From Lachnospiraceae bacterium (GTDB lineage: Bacteria > Bacillota > Clostridia > Lachnospirales > Lachnospiraceae): a DNA stretch of 55,616 bases. This document shows, piece by piece, positions 36,878 to 46,960 of this stretch; positions within the stretch are counted from its first letter, which is position 1; each line of letters begins with the position of its first letter. The stretch lies in assembly GCA_021205565.1 (NCBI GenBank), contig JAJPXG010000121.1, positions 438 through 56,053 of the forward strand. Direction: 5' to 3'. A model generated the notes under the pieces. That model did no database searches. It was not told the origin of the DNA and saw only the letters and a program-made list of their open reading frames with translations. The translations under genes and the position numbers were made by a program.

Positions 36878-39253
36878 TCATTCCACCTGCCGGTTCTCAT
36901 GTGCGGTGGTAAATTCGCTGCAGGGAAAGGAATCTGGTTTCCTTCCCGACCGATTTGTAACCCAAGTTTGATAATAGTCAAGTATTTTTGCTGTTTCGGC
37001 AGCGGATTCGACAGTAAATTGCAGGCGGTAGTTTCCTTCCTTCCTGATATCGATTTTATTATGCAGAGAAAGCGGCACACTGTTATAAATGGTATTGAAG
37101 CAATACCGGCAATCCGTCAGAACCTGAAACTGTTTGCCAAGGCGGTCGGTCAGAACTGCGGCACCATGAAGTTCACAGAAAGCTAAGTCTGCCGAAGCGT
37201 TCCCAGTACCTGCAGCATCAATATTCTCAGCGTACTGAAGAGCCCAATCAGTGGAAAGATCAGACCGCTTTTGCTTCAGCAGGCAGTTTTTGCATGTCCG
37301 ATACAGACAATTGGCGGTCTGCATCAAAGGAATATATCCGTAAATAATCCGCTCTGTTTTTTCATCTGCGAAAGCTCTGGTTTCTCTGCTGTTCAGTTCA
37401 TACGGCAATGTAATCCGCGCGAAGTCTTCTGCTAAAAACGATTTTGCTTCCCTGTTCCAACAATATAACGACGCATCGGCAATCAGGACAAAGTCCCCAT
37501 CCATATGAAGCTCCCTGATCAGGCCAAGCTCCTCCAGATTTCTGACCAGCAGACCCTGGATACCCAGCTTTTTCGCCAGATAAAAAAGTCCGGTCAGATG
37601 CGCTCTGTCCTTTGACCTGGCAATATAAGGCAGTACAAGGGCACAGTTCCGTACTTCTGCTTCCGCAACCGGTTTAAAATCTTTAAGACATTCCTCGGAA
37701 ATATATAACATTTTCAAATATTTCCGAAGCGGGTGGGTAAGACAAGCCTGCAGCTGCTGCGGCGTGCTGACTAAGACGGAGAGGCCGTTTTGAGGAACTG
37801 CATGCTCCTCCTTTGGTTTTACTTCTTTTCCTGGAACCTCAATTTGCTGAGAACTTTGCATGCGGTCTGTTACACTGCTGCCCAAACAGTCTACCTGCCC
37901 GTTTCCTGATGAAACTTTTCTCTGCTCCAGTTCCGGAAAAAATCCACTGATGATCGCATTCTCCAGCTTTAAGATTCCGTCTCTTCTTAACTGGTTCAAC
38001 GTCCCGTTCGGTAAAAAGATGCCCTCCTCAATTGTTATATCCAGATCCTGTAATGTAAAATCCGTGTTTCCCAGTTTGGAGAGCTGTTTTCTGACAGCCT
38101 CTTCATCGGATGGAAGCTTCTGCGCATGATCCACGACAGGACCTGTAACAAAGACCTCAAGCTCATGTACTGCCGTACCCATTTCAGCTTTCAGGTATAG
38201 TTTTACAGCATCTCCCTCATGAAACTCTGCTTTCATGGATACCGGATACTTAAGCTTCTGTTCCAGATGTTCGTGTCGGATTCTGTCAAGCAGCTCCTGA
38301 GGGACCTCCTCATATCCGGGCTTTTCTCCGGTTACCATCTCCCGCCCATTTTGCCTGAACAGGTACCCATCCTGCGCATCAGAACGAATATAAAGACGGT
38401 TCAGAACATCTCTGTCTTTCCCGGATACATGAAATGGCTGATCCGGCTGCGCATAATAAAGGTCAATATATTTGCGGTACACAGAAGTCACACCCGCGGC
38501 ATACTCACTTCGTTTCATGCGTCCTTCGATTTTAAAGGAAGTCATTCCGGCCTCAATCAGCTGCGGAAGATGGTCGATCGTACACATATCCTTCAGACTT
38601 AATGGATAAGTATCTTTTGTATGAAAGCCGTCACCCTCCGCAGCATAAGGCAGTCTGCATGGCTGCGCGCAGCGGCCTCTGTTGCCGCTCCTGCCGCCTA
38701 AAATGCTGCTCATCAGGCACATGCCGGAGTAGCAATAACACATCGCTCCATGGACAAAGCACTCCACCTCAATGCCTGCGTCCCTGATTTCCTTCAGTTC
38801 ACGCAGACTTAACTCTCTGGCGGGAACAATTCTGGATATCCCATGCTCCCGGCACCAGGGCACAATATCTGGGCCGGTAATTGCCATCTGCGTACTCGCA
38901 TGCAGCAAAAGTCCCGGGAACTCCCGCTTTAAGAGCGATAAAACCCCAAAATCCTGCAGAATCACGCCGTCCAGCCCCGCCTCATAAAGGGGAAGCACAA
39001 AATCATATATTTCAGAAAACTCAGCTTCCTTGATCAGGGTATTCAACGTCAGATATACTCTGCGTCCGAATAAATGCGCATAATGGATACAGCTGCACAG
39101 ATTCTCCGTATTCAGATTATCGGCGTAGGCTCTGGCAGAAAATTTTTCTCCGCCCACATAAACTGCATCCGCACCTGCATGAATAGCGCCCAGAAAGGCT
39201 TCCATGCTGCCGGCCGGAGCCAGCAGCTCGACTTTATGCTTTTCATCACTCAT
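36878..39253 (-). CDS. Peptidase U32 family protein (collagenase-like, long form)
   Basis: Trimmed to the ATG at 39253. The product begins MSDEKHKVELLAPAGSMEAFLGAIHAGADAVYVGGEKFSARAYADNL..., continues ...EVECFVHGAMCYCYSGMCLMSS...RGRCAQPCR... (U32 signature), and has a long C-terminal extension. Confidence 0.85.
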   Translation of the reverse strand: MSDEKHKVELLAPAGSMEAFLGAIHAGADAVYVGGEKFSARAYADNLNTENLCSCIHYAHLFGRRVYLTLNTLIKEAEFSEIYDFVLPLYEAGLDGVILQDFGVLSLLKREFPGLLLHASTQMAITGPDIVPWCREHGISRIVPARELSLRELKEIRDAGIEVECFVHGAMCYCYSGMCLMSSILGGRSGNRGRCAQPCRLPYAAEGDGFHTKDTYPLSLKDMCTIDHLPQLIEAGMTSFKIEGRMKRSEYAAGVTSVYRKYIDLYYAQPDQPFHVSGKDRDVLNRLYIRSDAQDGYLFRQNGREMVTGEKPGYEEVPQELLDRIRHEHLEQKLKYPVSMKAEFHEGDAVKLYLKAEMGTAVHELEVFVTGPVVDHAQKLPSDEEAVRKQLSKLGNTDFTLQDLDITIEEGIFLPNGTLNQLRRDGILKLENAIISGFFPELEQRKVSSGNGQVDCLGSSVTDRMQSSQQIEVPGKEVKPKEEHAVPQNGLSVLVSTPQQLQACLTHPLRKYLKMLYISEECLKDFKPVAEAEVRNCALVLPYIARSKDRAHLTGLFYLAKKLGIQGLLVRNLEELGLIRELHMDGDFVLIADASLYCWNREAKSFLAEDFARITLPYELNSRETRAFADEKTERIIYGYIPLMQTANCLYRTCKNCLLKQKRSDLSTDWALQYAENIDAAGTGNASADLAFCELHGAAVLTDRLGKQFQVLTDCRYCFNTIYNSVPLSLHNKIDIRKEGNYRLQFTVESAAETAKILDYYQTWVTNRSGRKPDSFPCSEFTTAHENRQVE

Positions 39254-39353
39254 TTTTGTCTGTCTCCACTGCATAAGTCAGGTGATTATTTCATATATCT
39301 GTCAGAAATCGTTTTCTGCCTTTGATATTATGTGTTTTCCTGTACTTTAAAGT

Positions 39354-39387
39354 AAAAAAGCTGCCATGTCCTTTAAACATGACAGCC
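39354..39387 (-). terminator. Rho-independent terminator after zapA
   Basis: The minus strand reads GGCTGTCATGT-TTAAAGG-ACATGGCAGC followed by TTTTTT. Confidence 0.75.
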
Positions 39388-39404
39388 GTGTGTCTTCATA
39401 TCCA

Positions 39405-39812
39405 TTATTCCGCGGATGAAACAGCTTTCTCTTTCTCATACTGCACCATCTGGCCCTTCATCTGCTGATAGGCTCCCTGCAATTTTTTCATCTCGCTCTG
39501 CACGTTATCATAACGGGTCTTCATATCCGCGATTTTCTGCTCAAGTTCCCGGATTTGCGCGTCCTTTTCTGCACACTGACGGACATAGACGGAAATCTGT
39601 TCCTTGCTCTTAAAATAATCGTCCGCAATATTGATCTGTAAAAGCAGCTGCTGCTTGTCCACAGTCTGCGACCGGAAAGAAACGTCCTGGCTGAACTCCT
39701 GATATTTGCCCTCGATATACTCCGCAAGCCGGCTTAGGTAGTCGCCGGATTCCTGCCCTGCAAGCTGATAGGATTTGCCCGCGATCGTAATGTTGGTGCG
39801 GTTCTGTTCCAT
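39405..39812 (-). CDS. zapA: Cell division protein ZapA
   Basis: 135 aa. MEQNRTNITIAGKSYQLAGQESGDYLSRLAEYIEGKY... is followed by a C-terminal coiled coil. Confidence 0.8.
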   Translation of the reverse strand: MEQNRTNITIAGKSYQLAGQESGDYLSRLAEYIEGKYQEFSQDVSFRSQTVDKQQLLLQINIADDYFKSKEQISVYVRQCAEKDAQIRELEQKIADMKTRYDNVQSEMKKLQGAYQQMKGQMVQYEKEKAVSSAE

Positions 39813-39903
39813 TTTTATGTACCCGCTTTCCTTTGTATTGATGCGCTGCCTGTATCAAAATCTCGTAATCCGTACATCAGAAATTATTATAACGACAATC
39901 CGC

Positions 39904-40893
39904 TTACTTTGCAAGCCCCAAATGTGCGTACGCCAAATCCGTGGCAACCCGTCCCTTGGGCGTCCGGTTTAAAAGTCCATTCTGGATCAGATAGGGCTCA
40001 TAGACCTCCTCAATCGTTCCCGCGTCCTCGCCTGTGGCCGCGGCCAATGTCTCTAATCCTACCGGTCCACCTTGGAATTTATAGATAATGGTCTCTAAAA
40101 TATTCCGGTCCAGGTGGTCTAAGCCTAGCCTGTCCACATCCAGCAGATCCAGCGCGATTCTCGCCACTTCCTCTGTAATGACGCCGTCATATTTGACCTG
40201 CGCAAAATCACGGACACGCTTCAACATCCGGTTTGCAAGACGCGGCGTTCCTCTGCTGCGCTTCGCAATCTCCACTGCGCCTCTGACATCAATCCGTACA
40301 TGCAGCACATCCGCGGAATGCAGGACAATATCTTTAAGCTGATCCACTGTGTAAAATTCCAACCTGTGAATAATGCCGAAGCGGTCACGAAGCGGCGCGG
40401 TCAGAAGGCCATATCGTGTGGTAGCACCTACTAAAGTAAATTTCGGCAAATCGAGCCTTATGGAACGCGCTGTCGCGCCTTTGCCAATCATGATATCAAT
40501 GGCAAAATCCTCCATGGCCGGATACAGCACTTCCTCCACCTGACGATTCAGGCGGTGAATCTCATCTACAAAGAGCACATCCCCTTCTTGGAGATTATTC
40601 AGAATAGCGGCGATCTCCCCGGGCTTCTCAATCGCTGGCCCGCTGGTGACCTTACAGTTGACGCCCATCTCATTGGCAATAATGTTGGCCAGAGTCGTCT
40701 TGCCTAAGCCCGGAGGGCCGTAAAAAAGGACATGATCGAGCGTTTCCTCCCTGGATTTGGCCGCGTCAATATAGACCTTCAGCGTCTCTTTCACCTTGTC
40801 CTGGCCGATGTAATCCTGCAAAAGCTGCGGGCGCAGCGACCCTTCCACACGAATGTCCTCTTCCTGTATGTTGGTATCAATGGTACGTCCCAT
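39904..40893 (-). CDS. ruvB: Holliday junction branch migration helicase RuvB
   Basis: 329 aa with [12 protein letters not shown]..., Walker [12 protein letters not shown], Walker [10 protein letters not shown] and sensor residues. Confidence 0.95.
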   Translation of the reverse strand: MGRTIDTNIQEEDIRVEGSLRPQLLQDYIGQDKVKETLKVYIDAAKSREETLDHVLFYGPPGLGKTTLANIIANEMGVNCKVTSGPAIEKPGEIAAILNNLQEGDVLFVDEIHRLNRQVEEVLYPAMEDFAIDIMIGKGATARSIRLDLPKFTLVGATTRYGLLTAPLRDRFGIIHRLEFYTVDQLKDIVLHSADVLHVRIDVRGAVEIAKRSRGTPRLANRMLKRVRDFAQVKYDGVITEEVARIALDLLDVDRLGLDHLDRNILETIIYKFQGGPVGLETLAAATGEDAGTIEEVYEPYLIQNGLLNRTPKGRVATDLAYAHLGLAK

Positions 40894-40906
40894 AGTATTT
40901 TACCCT

Positions 40907-41518
40907 CTAAAACATATGCTTCAGCGCCTGCTTTAACAGGACCTCGACATCCAGCTCTGCTGCGTTTTCCACACTCTTTACCGCGCGCAGGGCATCCGAT
41001 GAGCTGTAGCCTAAGGCTGTCAGTGCCTCCACCGCCTCCTGCATATTGGTCGAGGCCGTCACAGAGCCGGCCACAGATACACCGCCCTCCATGGCGCGCT
41101 GCGCAAGGACGTCCTCAACAGATATTTTGTCCTTTAATTCCAGAATCAGGCGCTGCGCCGTCTTCGGACCGATCCCCGGCGCCCGGGCAATCGACTTCGA
41201 ATCACCGGAAAGAATGGCGAAACGCAAGGCATCCGCGTCCATCACGGACAATATCGCCATGCCGCCCTTCGGACCGATACCGGAAACCGTAATACACTGC
41301 TTGAAAATATCCAGGTCCGCCTGACTTAAAAACCCGTAGAGCAAAAAAGCGTCCTCTCTCACACAGGTATAGGTATAAATTTTGACCTCCTCACCGACAG
41401 GCGGCAGGCAGGATATGGAGGCGCCGCTCATCAGTACCCGATATCCAACATCGTGCACATCGACGATGATGCCATCCTCAAAGACGCTCGCCAGCTGTCC
41501 CCGTAAATATGCGTACAT
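40907..41518 (-). CDS. ruvA: Holliday junction DNA-binding protein RuvA
   Basis: 203 aa with MYAYLRGQL..., HhH motifs (VSGIGPKGGMAILS, APGIGPKTAQRLILEL) and C-terminal domain III. Confidence 0.95.
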   Translation of the reverse strand: MYAYLRGQLASVFEDGIIVDVHDVGYRVLMSGASISCLPPVGEEVKIYTYTCVREDAFLLYGFLSQADLDIFKQCITVSGIGPKGGMAILSVMDADALRFAILSGDSKSIARAPGIGPKTAQRLILELKDKISVEDVLAQRAMEGGVSVAGSVTASTNMQEAVEALTALGYSSSDALRAVKSVENAAELDVEVLLKQALKHMF

Positions 41519-41635
41519 CGCTTTCTCCTAACGTAAATAAAGAATTCCTGATTCATCTTAGCATAACCGAACGTATGTTTCAAGCATTCTTTTACACGGA
41601 AGTTTTTTTAAAGATAACAGGCGATTATTCTGCTG

Positions 41636-42361
41636 CTAAACTCCTTCAGTTGTTCCGCCGGCAAACATAGCGCGTTTCTTTTTATAAGCGTGGATAAAAC
41701 ACACGCAATGTACTGAAGCCGTCACAATCCAGGTAACTGCATATGACAGATACAGCGAATCCAGCGTTCCAAAAAACTGAAAGACTGTCATGATCCAGAC
41801 AATACGCAGCAGGCAGGCTCCTGTCAGGGATACAATCATCGGAGTGAAGGCGTAGCCCATTCCTCTCATCAGGCCTACAAATACATCCATGATCCCGCAA
41901 AGGAAGTATACTCTGCAGATATAGTGCAGACAGATCAGCCCGTAGGCGGTTTCCTCGTCATTGGTGCCGTAAAGCCGAAGCAGCGTATCACCGAAAAATG
42001 TAACTGTTCCGCCCAGCACCAGGCCGATTGCGATTACCACTCCGAGGCAAATAAAAGCGATTTTTTTAATGCGTTCTATTTTACCGGCACCATAATAATG
42101 GGCAACCAGCACATTCGCACCCACGGAAAGACCGATAAACAAATTCAGCATCAGATTGATCAGTGAAGAGGTGCTTCCCACACTTGCGAGCGGTCCGCTG
42201 CCCGCGAAACGGCCAACCACTATCAGATCCACAGCATTAAAGGTCAGCTGCAGCACACCTGAAATCATCAGCGGAAGGGCATAAATCAGTATTTTTCCAA
42301 AAAGCGGCCCATTGCACATGTCCATCTCGTAGCTTCTGGAACTTTTTATCTCCGACTTCAT
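41636..42361 (-). CDS. MATE-family efflux transporter-like protein, about half normal length (6 predicted TM)
   Basis: 241 aa. The N-terminus is typical of MATE TM1-3 (EMDMCNGPLFGKILIYALPLMISGVLQLTFNAVDLIVVGRFAG...GANVLVAHYYGAGK). It is directly followed by sequence typical of the C-terminal lobe end (...CGIMDVFVGLMRGMGYAFTPMIVSLTGACLLRIVWIMTVF...). Confidence 0.7.
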   Translation of the reverse strand: MKSEIKSSRSYEMDMCNGPLFGKILIYALPLMISGVLQLTFNAVDLIVVGRFAGSGPLASVGSTSSLINLMLNLFIGLSVGANVLVAHYYGAGKIERIKKIAFICLGVVIAIGLVLGGTVTFFGDTLLRLYGTNDEETAYGLICLHYICRVYFLCGIMDVFVGLMRGMGYAFTPMIVSLTGACLLRIVWIMTVFQFFGTLDSLYLSYAVTWIVTASVHCVCFIHAYKKKRAMFAGGTTEGV

Positions 42362-42430
42362 AAACTTTATCCCTCGTAAATAAAAAATATGAAAGAGGCA
42401 GCAATGCGGGTTCTATCCATATACCGTACT

Positions 42431-42477
42431 GCATAAAAAACTGCGCACAAAACGGATAGGGCAAAAGCCCTATCCGT
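42431..42477 (-). terminator. Rho-independent terminator after ilvC
   Basis: The minus strand reads ACGGATAGGGC-TTTT-GCCCTATCCGT (11-bp stem, 42477-42452) followed by TTTGTGCGCAGTTTTTT. Confidence 0.75.
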
Positions 42478-42561
42478 ACTTGAAGCTTATTTCATCATGA
42501 GCAACGGTCGCTCAAGACTTTATTCGCCATTGGCCTTGTTCTGGCAACAATAAACAAAACC

Positions 42562-43638
<1,077 letters not shown>

Positions 43639-44139
43639 TTACTCAATAAACACAACATTTTTAGCGCCGCGCACCAGACCTACAAGGCCGGTTCTGGCAA
43701 GCTCCAGAATTTCATAATTCGTCAGAAGCTCCAAAAATGCGTCAATCTTCGATTTGTTGCCGGTCAGTTCAAACATGACGCTCTCATCGCAGATATCGCT
43801 GACCTTTGCCTTAAAAATACCCGCCAGAGTCATCAGGTGCTCCCTCTCAATCGCGTCTGCCTTAACCTTGATCAGCGCCAGCTCTCTGTAAACACTCTCA
43901 TCCGGTTTTAATTCCTTGATGCTGCGCACATCGACCAGTTTGCCAACCTGCTTCTCAATCTGTTCGAGTACTTCATCATCGCCGCTGGCTACAATGGTAA
44001 TACGCGTGAATCTGGGATCAGCCGTAACACCTGCAGTGATACTCTCAATATTATAACCACGACGGCTGAACAGCCCCGAAACACGGCTCAAAACACCTGT
44101 CGTATTGTCCACCAGTAACTGAAACACTTTCTGCTGCAT
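43639..44139 (-). CDS. ilvN: Acetolactate synthase small (regulatory) subunit, copy adjacent to ilvC
   Basis: 166 aa. The ACT domain is LLVDNTTGVLSRVSGLFSRRGYNIESITAGVTADPRFTRITIV, followed by an ALS_ss_C-like C-terminus (...ILELARTGLVGLVRG). Confidence 0.9.
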   Translation of the reverse strand: MQQKVFQLLVDNTTGVLSRVSGLFSRRGYNIESITAGVTADPRFTRITIVASGDDEVLEQIEKQVGKLVDVRSIKELKPDESVYRELALIKVKADAIEREHLMTLAGIFKAKVSDICDESVMFELTGNKSKIDAFLELLTNYEILELARTGLVGLVRGAKNVVFIE

Positions 44140-44191
44140 ACTTTTTCTCCTTTATCCGGGGCAGCGCCGAACGTCCGACCCTCATTGCCCC

Positions 44192-44220
44192 ATTTTAACA
44201 ACTTCAATTATCCTTGTCAA
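44192..44220 (-). promoter_or_regulatory. Putative sigma-A promoter for ilvN(copy 2)-ilvC
   Basis: The minus strand reads TTGACA (44220-44215), a 17-nt spacer, then TAAAAT (44197-44192). Confidence 0.5.
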
Positions 44221-44303
44221 CATTACGAAAAGTACCTGTTTCACAAAATCAATTGATTTATTTTAATCTGAAAGCCACACAATCAGGTATTCATTATTTA
44301 CTG

Positions 44304-44975
44304 TTATCGTTTCTGCGGCTGCCGGTTGATGGCTGGCAAATGGCGGATTCCAAGCACCATCAGTAAAAAGACCGTCAGGATAAAGCTGTAGTAAATCATC
44401 AGATCTGATTTCCCGGGAATAATACCATACACATAATCCACTACGGCCGCGGAAGACGTTACCTCTCCGTTATAACAAAGGACAGAATTCTCGACAGGGG
44501 TAATGACATCCGGACTTGTCGCTAAAAGCCCGATTTCCTCCGTCGCATTACTCTCAATACAGACTACCCAGCTGTATGTCTGTCCTCTCTTCAGAGAAAT
44601 CCCAACAGGGAACTGATAAAAGCCGCCGGAGCTGAATTCGAGGATACTGAGTTCAGTGGTAAAAATATCCTCTTCTGCACTGTTTCTGATTGAGAAATAT
44701 ACTGTGGCGTTTTCATCCTGAATTTCATTATAAGAAAGCGCAATTGCCATTTCCTGCAAATAAGAAAACTGAGGCACAAAATACTGTTCCGTACATAATT
44801 CAGAGCTGAGAGGCCCTACACTGATCCGCCCATCTGCACCATTGTGGCTCTCGACAGCTGTCCTGATAATACCAACAGGCCAGATCAGAAGCATACAGAC
44901 AACACACAGCATAGCAGTAATCAGATAAAGTATCCTTCTGCATAAAACCGCATGTTCAGCAATCCATCTTTTCAT
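44304..44975 (-). CDS. Hypothetical membrane protein (TM at both ends, extracytoplasmic middle)
   Basis: 223-aa ORF with an N-terminal TM (ILYLITAMLCVVCMLLIWPVGII) and a C-terminal TM (MIYYSFILTVFLLMVLGI). I recognise no family motif. It starts 4 nt after the upstream GT-C gene ends. Confidence 0.6.
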   Translation of the reverse strand: MKRWIAEHAVLCRRILYLITAMLCVVCMLLIWPVGIIRTAVESHNGADGRISVGPLSSELCTEQYFVPQFSYLQEMAIALSYNEIQDENATVYFSIRNSAEEDIFTTELSILEFSSGGFYQFPVGISLKRGQTYSWVVCIESNATEEIGLLATSPDVITPVENSVLCYNGEVTSSAAVVDYVYGIIPGKSDLMIYYSFILTVFLLMVLGIRHLPAINRQPQKR

Positions 44976-44978
44976 AAG

Positions 44979-46430
44979 CTATTCCGCCTTATATACATGA
45001 TACATGACAAATACATTCTGTTCCACACCCATTTCGCCCATGTCTTCCATGATAAGACCATAGGTATCCAGCGTAGACTGACTGATCTGTTCACAATTAT
45101 ACGTGTAAAAGAAGTAAATATCGCCGCTTAAACTGTCCCAGTCCACATCCTCAATATACACAAGCTGATCACCGTCTACATAATATTCATAAATCAGGCG
45201 GTAAACGGACCAGTTATACACTACAATATCATCCTCGGTCAGATTCTCTTCCAGATATGCCATGGTAATGTCCGTGTTTGTACTCAGGTATTCCAGGTCT
45301 ATGGCTTCCTTATACCGTTCCACCCCGATCACACAGCAGAACAACAGAAGAACAAGTTGGTACCAATCCTCCACTCGACTCCAGGAAAGCGCAAAGAAAA
45401 TACATAAAAGACCCATGGCCGGATAAACATATCGATTATAATAAATCGGTGAAGTGAGTAGCGAAACAATCACACCCGCTGATGCCGTAAGTGTTGGAAC
45501 CAGCCAGCAGAGGATAGAAAAAACTCCCAGTTCGTCCTTTCTCCTGCAAAGATCGATCAAACCGACAACCCCACCTAAGATAAACAGGAGCAAAATCATC
45601 ACAGTGGAATATGCAGTATCCAGGCCAAAAGCCCATGTAAAATACCCTAAAATAGTTTCACCGGTTATCTCCGGTATCCAGTAATCACTGGTAGCCGTTC
45701 CAAGAAACTGGCTGATCAGGACAAAAAACCATGGAAGATATGCGGCAAACATCAAAATAACTGTAATAAGCCAGGGGCGAATGTGTTCTCTTTTATAAAA
45801 CACAATCATCAGAAAAAGCAGACCACAGATAATGACAGCTGACACAAAAGCGTAATTATGTGTATATGCGGCAGCGACGCCAAAAAGTCCAAACCAGAAC
45901 CAATGCCGTAGTTTTCCTGAAATATATGCATCATATGCTTCCAAACCGCACATGGTCACAAAAAACAAACCCCAGGAATACATTCTTACCTGTACTGCGT
46001 ATTCCATAGTACAGATCAGGAAACTCAAAGCTGCGCCAAACAATAAGCTGGATAATAGTTTATTTGTTTTTTTCTGCACCCAGAAAGACCCAAGTAAAAG
46101 CGTCAAAGTAACGGGAACAATGGTAACAAACTTCTGAACCTGAAGTTTGTAGGTCTCTGTAGGGAACAAAAGCGCCGCTGTTTTGGCGATCAGATAATAC
46201 AGCGGCGGATGCTGTGACCCCATTGTTCCTGATATAACTCCCGCATAATCATTTTGAATCAGCTGCATGGAAAAGGCTTCATCCGTGTGCACATTATTGT
46301 TAAAGCACAGGGATACAAACAACACCGTCATAAACAGTGTCGCTGCAGTAATCACCGCTTTGGCATGTATATTCAGCTTTTCGTAAATATTATGAGCCGT
46401 AAGGCAAACTTTTGCCGTTTTATTATTCAT
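44979..46430 (-). CDS. GT-C fold glycosyltransferase, family 39/83-like (ArnT/PMT-type) polytopic membrane protein
   Basis: 483 aa with about 11 or more hydrophobic segments. It has DEAFS in the first loop and HPPLYY shortly after, as in ArnT/PMT-type GT-C enzymes, plus a soluble C-terminal domain. Confidence 0.65.
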   Translation of the reverse strand: MNNKTAKVCLTAHNIYEKLNIHAKAVITAATLFMTVLFVSLCFNNNVHTDEAFSMQLIQNDYAGVISGTMGSQHPPLYYLIAKTAALLFPTETYKLQVQKFVTIVPVTLTLLLGSFWVQKKTNKLLSSLLFGAALSFLICTMEYAVQVRMYSWGLFFVTMCGLEAYDAYISGKLRHWFWFGLFGVAAAYTHNYAFVSAVIICGLLFLMIVFYKREHIRPWLITVILMFAAYLPWFFVLISQFLGTATSDYWIPEITGETILGYFTWAFGLDTAYSTVMILLLFILGGVVGLIDLCRRKDELGVFSILCWLVPTLTASAGVIVSLLTSPIYYNRYVYPAMGLLCIFFALSWSRVEDWYQLVLLLFCCVIGVERYKEAIDLEYLSTNTDITMAYLEENLTEDDIVVYNWSVYRLIYEYYVDGDQLVYIEDVDWDSLSGDIYFFYTYNCEQISQSTLDTYGLIMEDMGEMGVEQNVFVMYHVYKAE

Positions 46431-46457
46431 CCGATTTTCTCTATATCTTTCCTGTTA

Positions 46458-46943
46458 TCAGTCGACATCGATGCACTTCGGCAGGGCAAGGGTGCCGGTG
46501 CGGGCCACTTCCACAATGCTGACCGTGCGCAGCAGAGAAATCAGCACCAGAATCTTATCAGGTGTATCACAGAGCTGAATGATCATCTGACTCTTGCTCA
46601 TGTCCACAATCTCCGCCTTCATCATCTGGCAGATATCAATCAACTCGCGGCGGTTGCCCAGATTATATTTCACTTTAATCAGCATCAGCTCACGGCTTAG
46701 GGACGCGCTTTCTTCAAAAGTCTTAACCTTGATGACATCCAGCTTTTTGTTAAGCTGTTTTTCGATCTGCTCTAAGGTACGCTGATCCCCCGTGCTGACA
46801 ATGGTCATACAGGAAACGGAAGGATCATCCGTCTCACCGACTGCCAGGGAATCAATATTATAGCTTCTGCGTGCAAACAGGCCGGCCACCTTGGAAAGCA
46901 CGCCGGAACGGTTCTCCACCAAAACAGAATAAATTCTCTTCAT
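46458..46943 (-). CDS. ilvN: Acetolactate synthase small (regulatory) subunit, copy adjacent to ilvB
   Basis: 161 aa. The ACT domain is VLVENRSGVLSKVAGLFARRSYNIDSLAVGETDDPSVSCMTIV, followed by a C-terminal ...IVEVARTGTLALP. It starts 18 nt after the ilvB stop. Confidence 0.85.
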   Translation of the reverse strand: MKRIYSVLVENRSGVLSKVAGLFARRSYNIDSLAVGETDDPSVSCMTIVSTGDQRTLEQIEKQLNKKLDVIKVKTFEESASLSRELMLIKVKYNLGNRRELIDICQMMKAEIVDMSKSQMIIQLCDTPDKILVLISLLRTVSIVEVARTGTLALPKCIDVD

Positions 46944-46960
46944 TTTCTGAACCCTCCCTC

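Noticed and set aside
40732-41292. 186-aa plus-strand Pro/Arg/Ser-rich ORF
   Set aside because: It is antisense to ruvB/ruvA. The composition is an artefact of the GC-rich reverse frame.
42237-42464. 75-aa minus-strand ORF overlapping the MATE gene start
   Set aside because: It is in an alternative frame across the MATE N-terminus and its promoter region, with no independent support.
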